From Candidatus Poribacteria bacterium (GTDB lineage Bacteria; Poribacteria; WGA-4E; WGA-3G), in the NCBI GenBank assembly GCA_965214095.1, contig OZ243938.1, positions 2,464,001 through 2,528,000 on the forward strand: a DNA stretch of 64,000 nucleotides. The letters run 5' to 3'. Made by a program: the position numbers and the translations under genes. The first letter of the stretch is position 1. Every line of letters begins with the position of its first letter. The notes under the pieces are model-generated. The model saw nothing but the letters and a program-made list of their open reading frames with translations. It was not told the origin of the DNA and did no database searches. Positions 63,301 to 64,000 of the stretch are shown one piece after another.

Positions 63301-64000
63301 TTTCGTAAAGGGTGGCCCTATACACAACAACCAGCGGTCCTAAATTTTACCATTGACCAACCAATTTGGTCTCGCTGGCGTAATTATCTACCAACTTTGA
63401 TTTTTGTGGCAGCAGTTGGTTCATTGCTCTTTAGATTGATTGTTAATAGAAGACATACCGCTCAGTTACGCCTTGAAATGCGGGAAAAAGAAGAGGCGGA
63501 AGTTCAACGGATACGCGCGGAGTTGAATGAAGCACAAAATATACAAATGGCTCTCCTACCAATAGAAGCACCGGATACAAGTGATTTTGATATTTCTGGC
63601 AGATCTATTCCAGCAACACAAGTCGGAGGAGATTTTTTCGACTATGTGACGGTGGCAAACGGACAAACTGCAATCGCTGTCGCTGATGCCGCTGGAAAAG
63701 GTATACGTGGCGCAATGAATGCTGTGTTGACAAACGGCATGTTACACGAAGTCGCACGCTATAAATCTGAGGCTGATGTCATATTGACCGATCTCAATGC
63801 TGGCTTGTCACCACGTATGTATGGTCCCAGTTTTATCGCACTCAACCTAGCAGTCCTAGATGAATCCGGGAAAAGCGTTGATTATGCAAACGGTGGACAA
63901 CCTTATCCTATTCTCAAAAGAGGAGATCAAATCATTGAAATTGAAATTGCCGATCTTCCTCTGGGAAGTAGGAAAAACGTCGAATATGAATCTACTACAT
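60376..64000 (+). CDS. membrane sensor: two-component-regulator propeller repeats, Y_Y_Y-like domain, TM and PP2C/SpoIIE phosphatase (3' partial)
   Basis: Frame +1 from 60361/60376 (GAGGTGG RBS): YTVADGL, QDSRGVLWFG, EDRWGNIWFATWGGGV; then ELNEAQNIQMALLP, VGGDFFDY, VADAAGKG. Absent from the ORF track because no stop falls in the window. Confidence 0.88.
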   Translation, partial: MIRLLKFVHILSLIFCINIVEYAAAFEQMKSYTVADGLVGPIVPIIYQDSRGVLWFGSDRGGVSKYDGSSFVPYTEIVHNEQTEEFHGRTKTIVEDKWGYIWCLSQHPAEGSGVVSRYNGKTFEYITDGNCLTVDNSGDIWVGKDNAFTRYKSLSIQDLPQAFPQTITGVSVAIINVIFQSKDDTYWIGGHDANGALIMKFQTDVSMWQIKNLERMENIPSVPKDREVQVIMQDRNDLLWFGGQSLLFSYDGNEFKDILRTSTETQNRSVKLQTANDRNVTVKSDVYGRIWFSDNRQVSWWNGNTLNRFRRITPDSNQYINMQGSFEIEDAWNNLWFATEMGAHAYNTKYFENEINNLFQLDESQTVSTELQQKVYGVDHGLGSDNIFTIYESLDGKIWFGHDNGVTTFEQKPVIVNHTTRTILGSNSVRLLESDSTGTLWLSIPGGVAQYLENDELLTQHNLTNFAYKTESFSIEIRFDNNPNLSRRAEISHIFEADGYIWFLDKPILLQDPFTVYRIFRYKDKKFERHSLLIQADIGPGGEKIYINSEPIVTSRKDPWIVLGGWVFLPRRDGLHRLLSDGKIRRTSFNSTESLTSPPAAVTALHTDKQGRLWCYYDNRDVKRFSNIRINANYVGGNIHTEVLQLKSVIPAIGNSTENVVQWFYNIESGQLMYWQNPDIINTLTELPGAASGAPLLTIHNTPSSQDESESATLVFHDSIKTYQGTELRNAVTVAIEKVNGSITSSDGDLWLATSQGAIRYNGQEAITYTTTTDHFLVDDLRDVHEDRWGNIWFATWGGGVVRYDGSSFQSVTTKDGLIHNNVSSIHAANEKELWFGTEGGATQYRANLGALPFCRIVSVDAGKSFTEPFSLEAGNQKITEITELLPARLKNMTIHFQGVNPLRDEMEYRFRLIGLDDIAWTRISSDTEQSVSETTLGNEVKQFYQPQQVGEDGSLPHIRYEGLKSGNYTFLIKAFRKGWPYTQQPAVLNFTIDQPIWSRWRNYLPTLIFVAAVGSLLFRLIVNRRHTAQLRLEMREKEEAEVQRIRAELNEAQNIQMALLPIEAPDTSDFDISGRSIPATQVGGDFFDYVTVANGQTAIAVADAAGKGIRGAMNAVLTNGMLHEVARYKSEADVILTDLNAGLSPRMYGPSFIALNLAVLDESGKSVDYANGGQPYPILKRGDQIIEIEIADLPLGSRKNVEYESTT

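Noticed and set aside
1-64000. tRNA, rRNA or known riboswitch genes
   Set aside because: No cloverleaf or conserved rRNA/riboswitch signature was recognised by eye; an Infernal/tRNAscan run would be needed to exclude them.

Overview
This is a gene-dense, AT-rich bacterial window. The gene mix (PhyH, LamG, TolB-like and heparinase-like proteins, plus secreted proteins ending in a K-x-x-x-x-W-G/A-x-I/L-K tail) suggests Candidatus Poribacteria or a relative; that assignment is inference only. In order it contains: a partial ABC ATPase, an archaeal-like RFAP synthase, nfuA and a sigma-70 factor; a ~16.7 kb type II secretion/type IV-filament operon with a HhH-rich GspK, a PilM-PilN fusion and two tandem ~1000-aa secretins; several secreted proteins sharing a C-terminal motif; a DxDD triterpene-cyclase-like gene with a GT2; an IS4 element inserted into a REP hairpin with a 20-bp duplication; a Ski2/HelY-like helicase, a GNAT and two HEAT lipoproteins; trpF; two paralogous beta-barrels and two ammonium transporters with a canonical sigma-54 promoter; a toxin-antitoxin pair; and dapB-YCF48-PhyH-dapL followed by a propeller/PP2C sensor running off the end. 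The intergenic DNA is full of GTAG-type REP hairpins carried inside several distinct MITE shells. The best candidates for undescribed systems are (i) the C-terminal tail as a sorting signal, possibly linked to the double-secretin machine, (ii) the nested REP/MITE/IS4 elements, and (iii) a porin-Amt nitrogen-uptake module whose predicted mature N-termini are D-x-H (ATCUN-like).
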